IMG/VR virus record: IMGVR_UViG_3300032272_000021
Location: 1-48,727 of that record
Length of the DNA stretch: 48,727 nt
Strand: one strand, 5' to 3'
Source: a virus
Lineage: Duplodnaviria > Caudoviricetes
The position numbers were made by a program, and so were the translations under genes. Of this stretch, positions 7,727 to 16,538 are shown piece by piece. The first letter of the stretch is position 1. Each line of letters starts with the position of its first letter. The notes below the pieces were generated by a model. It worked only from the letters and a program-made list of their open reading frames with translations. It had not been told where the DNA came from and made no database searches.

Positions 7727-8641
7727 ATGCCTATTACTACTGGATCATTGGCTAAAGCTCTCTGGCCGGGAATCAACAAATTCTACGGAGAGGCTTATAA
7801 CGAATGGCCGACTGAATACACTGAACTCTTTGCAAAAGAGACGGACACCCGTGCGTATCTTGAAGACGTCGGTGTTTCTGGATTTGGGCTTGCGGCTCAA
7901 AAACCAGAAGGTCAGCCGCTTGGCTACGATGTTGCCAAGCAGGGTTTCATTAACCGCTACATCCATAAGACATATGCTCTTGGCTTCATCATCACTGAAG
8001 AAGCAATGGATGACAACCAGTACAACCTCGCAGTTCTTGGCAAGCGTGATGCTCGTGCGCTCGCCTTCTCCATGCGCCAAACCAAGGAAATCCTTGGGGC
8101 GAATGTGTATAACCGTGCATTCAACAGTTCGTACACCTTTGGTGACGGCGTTGAACTTTGCTCGCTTTTGCACCCGCTCGCCGCTGGCGGAACTTTCCAG
8201 AACGAGCCAACCGTTGCCGCCGACTTGTCTGAAGCCGCTCTTGAGCAGGCTTGTATCGACATTGCCGACTTCGTCAACGATCGTGGCTTGAGAGTTTCCA
8301 TGATGCCTGACAAACTGATTATTCCTAAGGAATTGATGTTTGAAGCTGAGCGGATTCTCAAGTCCACACTGCAAAACGACACTGCGAACAATGCCATCAA
8401 CGCTTTGCGTTCGACAGGTATGTTCAAAAATGGCGTTACTGTCAATCATTACCTGACCGATCCTGATGCTTGGTTCATTCGTACTAACTGTCCTGACGGC
8501 ATGAAGTACATTGAGCGGAAAGCAACCTCGTTCGGTATGGACAATGACTTTGACACAAGTAATGCCAAGTTCAAAGCGTCGTTCCGTTGCTCCTTTGGTA
8601 ACACTGATCCTCGCGGGATCTATGGTTCTCCAGGAGCGTAA
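7727..8641 (+). CDS. Major capsid protein (HK97 fold, Mu gpT-like type)
   Basis: 304 aa, strong SD, YALGFIITEEAMDDN, GDGVEL, HYLTDPDAWF, C-terminal RGIYGSPGA. Confidence 0.9.
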   Translation: MPITTGSLAKALWPGINKFYGEAYNEWPTEYTELFAKETDTRAYLEDVGVSGFGLAAQKPEGQPLGYDVAKQGFINRYIHKTYALGFIITEEAMDDNQYNLAVLGKRDARALAFSMRQTKEILGANVYNRAFNSSYTFGDGVELCSLLHPLAAGGTFQNEPTVAADLSEAALEQACIDIADFVNDRGLRVSMMPDKLIIPKELMFEAERILKSTLQNDTANNAINALRSTGMFKNGVTVNHYLTDPDAWFIRTNCPDGMKYIERKATSFGMDNDFDTSNAKFKASFRCSFGNTDPRGIYGSPGA

Positions 8642-8654
8642 CCAATAATCAGTG

Positions 8655-8672
8655 GGGGAGCTTCGGCTCCCC
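8655..8672 (+). terminator. cUUCGg hairpin after the capsid gene (weak terminator or mRNA stabiliser)
   Basis: GGGGAGC-UUCG-GCUCCCC with no clean U-tract. Confidence 0.55.
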
Positions 8673-8696
8673 TGCTCCTTTAAAGGAGTGCTGATC

Positions 8697-9386
8697 ATGC
8701 CTACACGTTTTCCAGGTGGACTTACCACCGCACCGAGTGGTGAATCGCTCGGAATGTTTGTTCTCCCAGACCCGACCAAAGCCCACACCTTCTTTGACGA
8801 TTTCGATCGTTATGTAGCTGGTGACTGGACAATCACAACAACTGAAGCTGGTACTGGTTCTGCAACAGAAGCCCTTGGTGATGCCGACGGTGGTGTTCTG
8901 GTAATTACCAATGCCGCAGGCGATAATGACCTTGATTTCTTCCAGAAGGTTGGTGAGTCCTTTCTTTTTGAAGAAGGAAAGAAGCTTTGGTTCAAGGCTC
9001 GCTTCAAAGTAAGTGACGCAACTCAGTCTGATTTTGTCATGGGTCTCCAGATCACTGACACGACTCCGCTTGATGTTACTGACGGTGTCTTTTTCCAGAA
9101 GGATGATGGTGACGCAAACCTTGATTTTCATGTTGAGAAAGACGACACAGCTACTTCGGCGACTGCTGTTGCTACTGTGGCTGACGACACTTATCTCTCT
9201 GTTGGGTTCTATTACAACGGTGTTGATGCTGTTGAGTACTTTGTCAACGATGTGAAAAAAGGAACTCTTGCTGTCACTAATCTTCCTGACGACGAGGAGC
9301 TGACTATTTCCTTTGGTATTCAAAACGGAGAAGCCGCCGCTAAAGTAATGAGCGTCGATTACATCTTTGCCGCCAAAGAAAGATAG
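8697..9386 (+). CDS. Virion structural protein (beta-sandwich)
   Basis: SD AAGGAG before ATG 8697; follows MCP; Thr/Asp-rich beta pattern. Confidence 0.75.
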   Translation: MPTRFPGGLTTAPSGESLGMFVLPDPTKAHTFFDDFDRYVAGDWTITTTEAGTGSATEALGDADGGVLVITNAAGDNDLDFFQKVGESFLFEEGKKLWFKARFKVSDATQSDFVMGLQITDTTPLDVTDGVFFQKDDGDANLDFHVEKDDTATSATAVATVADDTYLSVGFYYNGVDAVEYFVNDVKKGTLAVTNLPDDEELTISFGIQNGEAAAKVMSVDYIFAAKER

Positions 9387-9396
9387 GGGGTGACTT

Positions 9397-9783
9397 ATGG
9401 CTAATACAGTCACTATAAGAAAACTCCTTGATGGTTCTAAAGTGTCTACTATCCAGATTGACATCATTGGTGATGCATCTGGAGAGGAAACAGATACTGT
9501 TATCATTGATGCTTCTGATCTTTCTGGAGCGCCAACTGATTACAAAATCAGAGCTATCCAATGGGCGCTAATTGGTATGTCAGCTGAACTTAATTGGGAT
9601 GCTACTGCTAATGTCCACGCTTTCTCATTGCCTGCTGGCAGTGACGGTTTACGGTTCTCAGATACCGGAACCCATCTACAAAATAATGCTGGTGCAGGAA
9701 AAACTGGTGATCTTCTTATCACCACTGCTGGCCTTGCAGATGCTGGTAGCAACGGAACCATCATCATTGAACTTCAGAAGTAA
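9397..9783 (+). CDS. Virion structural protein
   Basis: SD; position in the head operon. Confidence 0.75.
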   Translation: MANTVTIRKLLDGSKVSTIQIDIIGDASGEETDTVIIDASDLSGAPTDYKIRAIQWALIGMSAELNWDATANVHAFSLPAGSDGLRFSDTGTHLQNNAGAGKTGDLLITTAGLADAGSNGTIIIELQK

Positions 9784-9786
9784 AAC

Positions 9787-9811
9787 AATAGCCCCTTTCG
9801 AGGGGCTATTT
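9787..9811 (+). terminator. Terminator ending the head operon
   Basis: AAUAGCCCCU-UUCG-AGGGGCUAUU U. Confidence 0.8.
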
Positions 9812-9834
9812 CCTCTTATCAATAAGGTGTAAAT

Positions 9835-12327
9835 GTGAGACGTTTATCACCATCACATATAAGAAAATTCTTCCACAAAGCAGGAACCACCATGCAACAG
9901 GCTGGTGGAGCCGTCCTCTCATATCTTCTCCGCACTGATTTCACTAACAACCCTGACCAGATATTTGGTGACGGTCAGGTGTTGGATGATTCCCCTGAGA
10001 TTGGTGCAGGTAGTTTGACTGGGATTATAAGTGGTGGCTCTTTAGCTATTAACACAGGAGTTCTTGAGGCGACACCAAGCGCAGATTTTAGCGCACAATT
10101 AAGGGCAACAGACAAAATCGATATATCAGATGGTAGGGTTGTTGCTTTCACGCAATCTTTTGTAAACGGTTCTTTTGGTGGATTATTCCTAACGCCGGAT
10201 GCAACTATACCAACATCACCGGCTGTAAGGTTATTGTCGGGAGTACAAGACGGAAGTCTATTAAGCGGGAAGGATAGATACTGGTACAGCACAGGAACGG
10301 TTCAAAGGGTTTTAGACTTGCCAGCATTTAATGGTATACTTGAAACAGATAGAATTATGTTGTTTGATGAAACCAATTCTTTTGTTTATCACTTTGCGAA
10401 ACTCCCAGCAAGTTCAGATTATGAGTTAATAACCATATTACCATTGGCAGACACAGCAGATAATTATCTGGCTTTCTCATGCGCGAATAGTAGGGTTTCA
10501 ACTTTGCATAAATTATCTATCCCCTCAACCCTCTACACCGATCAGATTACTCCGGTGTTTGAGGATGGCTTCGATCGCAGTGATCGTGATCTTGGTGGGG
10601 ATGGTGATTGGGTGGCTGGAGCATCAGGCTGGTCAAGCAAGCTTATCATTGCAAGCAACAAGGTTGATGTTAATGGTGGTAGTGGAAATGGCGCTTGTTA
10701 TAGAGTCGATTCTGAAGTGGCCGCAGTTACTCAAGCCAAACTAACTTCATTCGGTTACTTATGGACAAGGGTTGAAGACGACACATTCACAAGTGAAGAT
10801 TCTTTCTTGGTTGGAATGAATACAACAAACCTTGTTATCCTTGAGAAAATTGCTGGTGGTGGTGGAATTAGCCGAGGTTCTGTTGCTACAGGAGGAACAA
10901 CAAATACTATAACCTGTATTGATGATACTACAAAGATAACTGCTGTCTCTGATTCTGGACATACAATTTCTTATACTACCACCTCAAAGAACACAGCCGT
11001 TAAAAAGGGTCTGCGTTGCTCCATTGGTGGTGAGGCTGACGACTACAAACTATGGCGACAGGATGGCTACACTTTCGACCTACCAACCGATGCCGCTGAC
11101 AACGAACTGCTTGCTGACTTCTCTGGCATGGCGAATGAAACGCTGTCAGATGGTCAGGTGCTTGATGATGTTGCTGAGATGCTTGATGGTAGTTTTATTG
11201 TGGCAGGGAGTAAACTAGGAATAACTTCTGGTGAGTTATTACAGAGTTCAATATCAGCGGCAAATAGCACCGATGGGGTCTATAGTGAAGCTTTGACAGC
11301 ACAAGATGGTTTGGGTTTATATTTAAAGACATATCTTGACTATTCTAATGTTTATAGCGACTCCATGTTTGGGTTCGCTAATTCAGGTGATGTAAATATA
11401 CTTAACACACTTGGAAGTTTTTACCCTAGAGGGGTTGTTCCGAGATTGGATATTTATAGTTTAGGGTCTAATATCGCAAATGTGGCCTCTATGGTGGATA
11501 ATGAAACCTATGAGTGCGTTTCTATCTTGGATAAAACAAATGGGCAGATATTCTTTTATTTAAAGCTAGCTTCGGATTCAAGTTTCAATTTAATTTCAAT
11601 AATACCAGTAACTATACCATCAACAGTTTATGCGCAGTTGTCGGCATTAATTTCATTTAAAGCCAGAGCAGAAAAAATCCTAGTCCCCGACAAGCTCTAC
11701 ACTGACCAGATAACGCCGATCATTGTTGACACGTTCGTGGATGTGAACGGTACGGAATTACCAGACCACACGCCAACACCTAGCGGCGGGTTTAGTTGGA
11801 CAGCGTTCGCCGGAATGCACGATATTCAGAATGATATAGTCGTACACAAAACAGCCTTAAATAATTGCTCCGGCTTTGATGCAGGTTTTTCAGATGTGTG
11901 GTTAGAAACTAAGTCTGTACCACTTAGCGCGACATCCGGATTTGCGGCAAACTTCCATTGGATAACCGATCATGGGGGAGAGGTAATATCTGGTTATATG
12001 GTTGCGTTTAATGAAGCTGGAAACACAATTCAAATATATGAGGTAACGTCTAATTCATACGCACTTAGGGCTAGTTCCGCAGCTTTGGCACAAACAGACC
12101 CTATGACATTAAGGAGCCAAGTGACTATGGTTGGTGGTCAGGCCATAATCACGGCAATATTAAGTAATAGTTCCGGCGGCACTGTTACCGTAACCTATAC
12201 AGACGCATCGCCAAGAACAGAAACCACAAATGTTGGTATTGCCTTATCTCAAGGCCAAAACGGATGGGGTATTTCTGAGTTCAATGTATACAATGGTAGC
12301 GGCTACACTTTTGAAGGGATAGACTAA
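9835..12327 (+). CDS. Large beta-rich protein made of two ~395-aa tandem repeats (probable virion fibre/adhesin)
   Basis: Duplicated anchors DGQVLDD, LYTDQITP and GYTF; Ser/Thr/Gly-rich. Confidence 0.75.
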   Translation: MRRLSPSHIRKFFHKAGTTMQQAGGAVLSYLLRTDFTNNPDQIFGDGQVLDDSPEIGAGSLTGIISGGSLAINTGVLEATPSADFSAQLRATDKIDISDGRVVAFTQSFVNGSFGGLFLTPDATIPTSPAVRLLSGVQDGSLLSGKDRYWYSTGTVQRVLDLPAFNGILETDRIMLFDETNSFVYHFAKLPASSDYELITILPLADTADNYLAFSCANSRVSTLHKLSIPSTLYTDQITPVFEDGFDRSDRDLGGDGDWVAGASGWSSKLIIASNKVDVNGGSGNGACYRVDSEVAAVTQAKLTSFGYLWTRVEDDTFTSEDSFLVGMNTTNLVILEKIAGGGGISRGSVATGGTTNTITCIDDTTKITAVSDSGHTISYTTTSKNTAVKKGLRCSIGGEADDYKLWRQDGYTFDLPTDAADNELLADFSGMANETLSDGQVLDDVAEMLDGSFIVAGSKLGITSGELLQSSISAANSTDGVYSEALTAQDGLGLYLKTYLDYSNVYSDSMFGFANSGDVNILNTLGSFYPRGVVPRLDIYSLGSNIANVASMVDNETYECVSILDKTNGQIFFYLKLASDSSFNLISIIPVTIPSTVYAQLSALISFKARAEKILVPDKLYTDQITPIIVDTFVDVNGTELPDHTPTPSGGFSWTAFAGMHDIQNDIVVHKTALNNCSGFDAGFSDVWLETKSVPLSATSGFAANFHWITDHGGEVISGYMVAFNEAGNTIQIYEVTSNSYALRASSAALAQTDPMTLRSQVTMVGGQAIITAILSNSSGGTVTVTYTDASPRTETTNVGIALSQGQNGWGISEFNVYNGSGYTFEGID

Positions 12328-12581
12328 TGTGGGAACTTATTATAACAACACCTTGGACGGGTAATGGCACATCAGAAGAAATGGCATTCCAGCCTAGCTT
12401 TATGGTTGAGTATGGGAACATAGTATTATCTTTTTCTGATATAACAGGACAAAGCCCAATCCCCAACCCTAATGCTTATTCTATTAAGGTTGTATGTCCT
12501 TACAGTTCGGTTGACATTATCAAGGCTGACCCTAACTACCTTGTATGGAGTGAAGAGGAGATTATCGATGCCACGTCCTAA
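12327..12581 (+). CDS. Hypothetical protein
   Basis: TAATG coupling to the upstream gene. Confidence 0.7.
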   Translation: MWELIITTPWTGNGTSEEMAFQPSFMVEYGNIVLSFSDITGQSPIPNPNAYSIKVVCPYSSVDIIKADPNYLVWSEEEIIDATS

Positions 12582-12753
12582 TGAAATACCTAGTCAAGCA
12601 CTCTATGGGCAATGGGTAGCGAAGCTTGCTCAGATGGGGTTCAACCAAGAGCAGATAAACTTTGTTTGCCCGACCCCTAAACCGAAAGACGATACTGCGG
12701 CAGACTACTCAAACCGTTTTATCCAACTTGCAAAGGAGTTACCAAAAACATGA
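12568..12753 (+). CDS. Hypothetical protein (MPRPNEIP...)
   Basis: SD GAGGAG before ATG 12568. Confidence 0.65.
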   Translation: MPRPNEIPSQALYGQWVAKLAQMGFNQEQINFVCPTPKPKDDTAADYSNRFIQLAKELPKT

Positions 12754-12929
12754 AATGGTATCAGAGATTAAACATATTCTTGTTCTGGTGGATAATGCTT
12801 CCTATGGTGTATGCCATTCGGTGCGATTACCATTACCGTTGCAAGTTCCCAAAGGTTCACAAGAAGCGTCCGGCTATCGGGCAAGCATTCTATAAGTTTT
12901 TTGGTATGTCTGTCAATTGGCCTCAGTAA
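12750..12929 (+). CDS. 59-aa hypothetical protein with hydrophobic N-terminus (absent from the ORF track)
   Basis: SD AAGGAG, ATGA overlap; MKWYQRLNIFLFWWIMLPMVYAIRC...NWPQ*. Confidence 0.55.
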   Translation: MKWYQRLNIFLFWWIMLPMVYAIRCDYHYRCKFPKVHKKRPAIGQAFYKFFGMSVNWPQ

Positions 12930-12976
12930 TAACAGGCTTTATTTTTTAGTCTTTGTAGTATATACTTGGAGTTAAT

Positions 12977-13759
12977 ATGAGACGATTAAGAGGACATAAG
13001 GGAATTGGAGCTACTGGTGGAACTACTGGTGGTGGCGGTGGCGGTGGTGGCGGTGCGTATGACCCCGCTACTGATGCTGATCTATTGATATTCGCTGATT
13101 TAGTTGACCCAACAGCAATGTATCAAATTTCCCCAGACACTGACCAGTTGGTTGCTGATGCTGGAGCGCAACCTGTAGGGCAAGTGAACACTACAGGAAG
13201 TGTTGGGGCAACTTTTACTCAAGGCACTTCTGCCCAGAAGCCTTCATATGATGAAGAGTCAGTTAATTTGGTTAATTTTGATGGTGGGGATACACTACTT
13301 GCTACCGGTGGTTCAGCCTTTGATTATGTCACTAAGCCTGTCTCTTGGCTAGTTGTCTGTGACCCTAATGAGATTGGTCCGTATGCTACCTTCACAACAT
13401 ATGCCACCTCAACCAGCTATCAAGATATTAGAATAAGGCACGATAGGGTTCTGGCTCGGACTAGAGTCAGTTCTGATCGGCTGAAAGTTGATCAGACATT
13501 CTCCCAAATAGATGGACCATTTTTAACCCAAGCTATTTGGGAGGGAACCACTCTGAATGTTTATGTAAATGGTGTTTTTATTGGAACTGATGTACTTGGT
13601 ATAGGAACCGGCCTTGCATTTAATAATTTAGGTATAAGCTGTAGTAATGGTGTGCCATCTTTATGGCAAGGTGATTTTTATGGTCTTATAATATCTAACT
13701 CAGCAGTTGACCCTGTAGCGGCGTATAATTATGCAAAATCAAAGTGGGGTATAGCATGA
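12977..13759 (+). CDS. LamG/concanavalin-like beta-sandwich protein with poly-Gly linker
   Basis: TQGTSAQKP...VNFDGGD, YVNG, WQGDFYGLII, Y..SKWG pattern. Confidence 0.7.
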   Translation: MRRLRGHKGIGATGGTTGGGGGGGGGAYDPATDADLLIFADLVDPTAMYQISPDTDQLVADAGAQPVGQVNTTGSVGATFTQGTSAQKPSYDEESVNLVNFDGGDTLLATGGSAFDYVTKPVSWLVVCDPNEIGPYATFTTYATSTSYQDIRIRHDRVLARTRVSSDRLKVDQTFSQIDGPFLTQAIWEGTTLNVYVNGVFIGTDVLGIGTGLAFNNLGISCSNGVPSLWQGDFYGLIISNSAVDPVAAYNYAKSKWGIA

Positions 13760-14085
13760 AAAGACCATACACTGAAATAATCGGACGATGTTTCATGTTC
13801 TGTAAGGCAGATAAACAAACTGAAGCCAACACCTATGCTGAAGCATTTGACCCTGATGATGGCGGTATACATACTTTCAGTATGGCTCTTTGTGATTCTT
13901 ATGGACCTTCAACTGGACCAGCTTCTCACTATGGAGCTAATACTGTTGTTGATGCCGGTATGGATACTGACATCAAAGCAACAGGTCCAACAATCACTAA
14001 GTATTTCTCTGCTGATGGTTGGACATGGGAAACCGCACTTGCTGACATGAGCTTACAATTAGTTGAGGAGCCAGTTGATGCCTGA
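13756..14085 (+). CDS. Hypothetical protein
   Basis: Start overlaps the previous stop region; in operon. Confidence 0.7.
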   Translation: MKRPYTEIIGRCFMFCKADKQTEANTYAEAFDPDDGGIHTFSMALCDSYGPSTGPASHYGANTVVDAGMDTDIKATGPTITKYFSADGWTWETALADMSLQLVEEPVDA

Positions 14086-14341
14086 TTCAACATATAAAAA
14101 AGGTGACTGGAATGCGGTGTGTGACCGCTGTGGTTTTGAATTCAAAGCCAGCGAGTTACAAAAAACGTGGGACGGATTAATGGTGTGTAAGGAAGATTTT
14201 GAATTGCGACACCCACAGGATTCATTGCGTGTTAAGCCTGACAGACAAGCAGTGCCTTGGACGAGACCAGAGGGTACTGATATGAGAGTAACAGTGAACC
14301 CATTAGATCCGGATGACTACACACTTACGGAGGAGAGCTAA
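14078..14341 (+). CDS. Phage Cys-containing protein (CDRCG...W.GLMVC..D.E.RHPQ)
   Basis: SD GAGGAG; motif recalled from genes preceding adaptors in this phage type. Confidence 0.8.
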   Translation: MPDSTYKKGDWNAVCDRCGFEFKASELQKTWDGLMVCKEDFELRHPQDSLRVKPDRQAVPWTRPEGTDMRVTVNPLDPDDYTLTEES

Positions 14342-15291
14342 TGCCTACTTCTGGAGACACAATAACAGGATACACAAGAGATTATGTAATTAATGGAGCA
14401 CTTCGCTTAGTTGGTGCTTATTCTCCACCAGCAGACCCACGTCCTGAGCATGTTTCAAAAACAATTGAAGCTTGTAATATGATGCTCAAGACTTGGCAAG
14501 TACAGAATCTTTTATGGTTGCGCGAGTTTGCCACAGTGTTCCTTGTAAAAGGGCAAAGAAAGTATTTTCTCGGACCAAACTCCACCAGCAAAGGAGCCAT
14601 TAATTATTACGAAGACGCAATTGATGCTGATCTTGTTGCTACCGACACAGTGATAACTGTGGAGGATTCAAGTAATATGACAGCCGCTGATATCATTGGT
14701 ATAAAGCTTGACGATAACACTATTCATTGGGACACTATTGCTAGTGTTGATAGTGCGACACAGGTTACAATTACGACTGGTGTGGCTGGTGCGGCTACAG
14801 ATGGCAACTTTTTGTATAATTACCCCACGTCAGAGGCACTGTACCGCCCCACAAGGGTATTCGCAGCCACACGCCTAACCCGTACAGGACAGGAAATTCC
14901 GATAGATGACGACAACCTGTTAAGCCGTAGTGACTACTTCTCATTAACAAATAAAGACACACAAGGAACAGTGACACAGATTTATTTTGATAAACAGCGA
15001 TCAACTGGTCATCTTTATGTTTGGTCGACAAGCGACAATAACCTTGATCGTTTAGTTTTGGACTTAGATCGCCAGATACAGTTAGTCACAGACACAAATG
15101 ATGAATATGATTTTCCAGAGGAATGGTTAGAGCCAATTAAATACGGGTTGGCAGTAAGGATCGCCCCAGAACATGCTGTTAGTGGAACTGCCTACAACAT
15201 TATCGCAAATACTTTTTCTGGTCTTGCTACCAATGTTTTAGGCTTTGAAATTGAGCATGTTAATGCAATGATAGGAGTACAAAATGGCTGA
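14341..15291 (+). CDS. Head-tail adaptor (P22 gp4/tubular-A-like) with inserted beta domain
   Basis: INGALRLVG...NMMLKTW N-terminus and DFPEEWLEPIKYGLAVRIAPE C-terminus. Confidence 0.7.
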   Translation: MPTSGDTITGYTRDYVINGALRLVGAYSPPADPRPEHVSKTIEACNMMLKTWQVQNLLWLREFATVFLVKGQRKYFLGPNSTSKGAINYYEDAIDADLVATDTVITVEDSSNMTAADIIGIKLDDNTIHWDTIASVDSATQVTITTGVAGAATDGNFLYNYPTSEALYRPTRVFAATRLTRTGQEIPIDDDNLLSRSDYFSLTNKDTQGTVTQIYFDKQRSTGHLYVWSTSDNNLDRLVLDLDRQIQLVTDTNDEYDFPEEWLEPIKYGLAVRIAPEHAVSGTAYNIIANTFSGLATNVLGFEIEHVNAMIGVQNG

Positions 15292-16528
15292 TATATGGCA
15301 ACTATTCTTACAACCAGTAAAAACAACAGACAAGACACTGTCTCTTGGTACTGTGGAGTTTTTCTCAGCAGGGTTGACTGGCACAGCAAACCACAAGCCT
15401 GTGTATCTTGATGTTAATCTAACCATAGAGGCTTCTAATCCTTATACACTCAGTGCGGCTGGTACTGCGGCACTGTATGGTGTTGGTGAATATCATATCA
15501 TAATTAAAGACAGTCTTGGCACAACTCAGTTTGATTATGATTATATTACTCCATACACTTCTGGTAATCTTATATTTGAGACACAAGAAGTCCAAACGGC
15601 GCTTGCCGCCCAGACTGTGTTCACATTGACGAATGAGTATGTTGTTTCTTCTAATAACAGAAGTCTTTCAGTATACGTTGATGGTGTTCGTAAAATACCT
15701 GTTACTGATTATGCTGAGACTGATTCTACAACTGTCACATTCGTTACACCAATGACAGGTGGCGAAACAGTGCTGTTTATTGTCAACCAATACAGTACCT
15801 CGGTCGCTGGACTTGGGCTTATTCAGATTGAGTATTTTGATGCTTCTGCTACATGGACAGTTCCTGCAAGGGGGCGTTTGTGGAGAATCATCTGTATTGG
15901 TGGTGGTGGTGGTGGTGGTGGTGCTGGACAAGCGAATGCCGCTACGCATACGTGTATCGCTGGAGCAGGTGGTGGAGGTGGGCTTGTTGAGTTTCTCTCG
16001 TCTGCAACAATATCTGGAGCGGCTACTCATGATGTTGTTATTGGAGCTGGTGGAGCGGGTGGTGCAATCGGAGCACTTGGTTCTGACGGTGGAGAAACTT
16101 ACCTAAGTCCACTATTTTATGGAGCAACTGGTGGAGAAGGTGGTTCAGGAGCTTCTATTGGTAACACAGCCGTTGGTGATAATGGTGCTGGTGGTTATAC
16201 TTCTGATCCTGCTCCTGATCAAACAACTGGTATCATTAAAAAAGGTTCAAATGGTCATGAGGCCTCAATCGGTTGTGCCAACAACACCACAGCAACTCCT
16301 ACTCTCTATTTGGGTAAGGTTGGAACACCCTCTGGCTTTGAGATAGCAGGCGGTTCTACAATTTCAGCAGGAGCGATTGGTGCTGGTAACGGAAAAGGTT
16401 ACGCCCATCAAGGTGATTCAACTGTTCTTGGTTCTGGTGGTCGTGGTGGCTATAGCGATAACACTTCTGGTGGACAAGCTGGTGAAGCAGGAAAAGATGG
16501 ATACATGATCATTGAGACTTACGCTTAA
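15284..16528 (+). CDS. Tail fibre/spike-like protein with glycine-rich C-terminal domain
   Basis: N-terminal NPYTLSAAG.A.LYG.GEY head-binding-like motif; IGGGGGG...GxDGYMII glycine-rich domain. Confidence 0.7.
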   Translation: MADIWQLFLQPVKTTDKTLSLGTVEFFSAGLTGTANHKPVYLDVNLTIEASNPYTLSAAGTAALYGVGEYHIIIKDSLGTTQFDYDYITPYTSGNLIFETQEVQTALAAQTVFTLTNEYVVSSNNRSLSVYVDGVRKIPVTDYAETDSTTVTFVTPMTGGETVLFIVNQYSTSVAGLGLIQIEYFDASATWTVPARGRLWRIICIGGGGGGGGAGQANAATHTCIAGAGGGGGLVEFLSSATISGAATHDVVIGAGGAGGAIGALGSDGGETYLSPLFYGATGGEGGSGASIGNTAVGDNGAGGYTSDPAPDQTTGIIKKGSNGHEASIGCANNTTATPTLYLGKVGTPSGFEIAGGSTISAGAIGAGNGKGYAHQGDSTVLGSGGRGGYSDNTSGGQAGEAGKDGYMIIETYA

Positions 16529-16538
16529 AGGAATCATC

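Noticed and set aside
7745-9506. Long minus-strand ORFs 7745-8788 and 8649-9506
   Set aside because: Antisense shadows of codon-biased capsid genes; no SD or recognisable motifs
15899-15922. (GGT)n microsatellites here and at ~13028-13054 as phase-variation tracts
   Set aside because: Triplet repeats encoding poly-Gly typical of glycine-rich virion domains; slippage would not shift the frame
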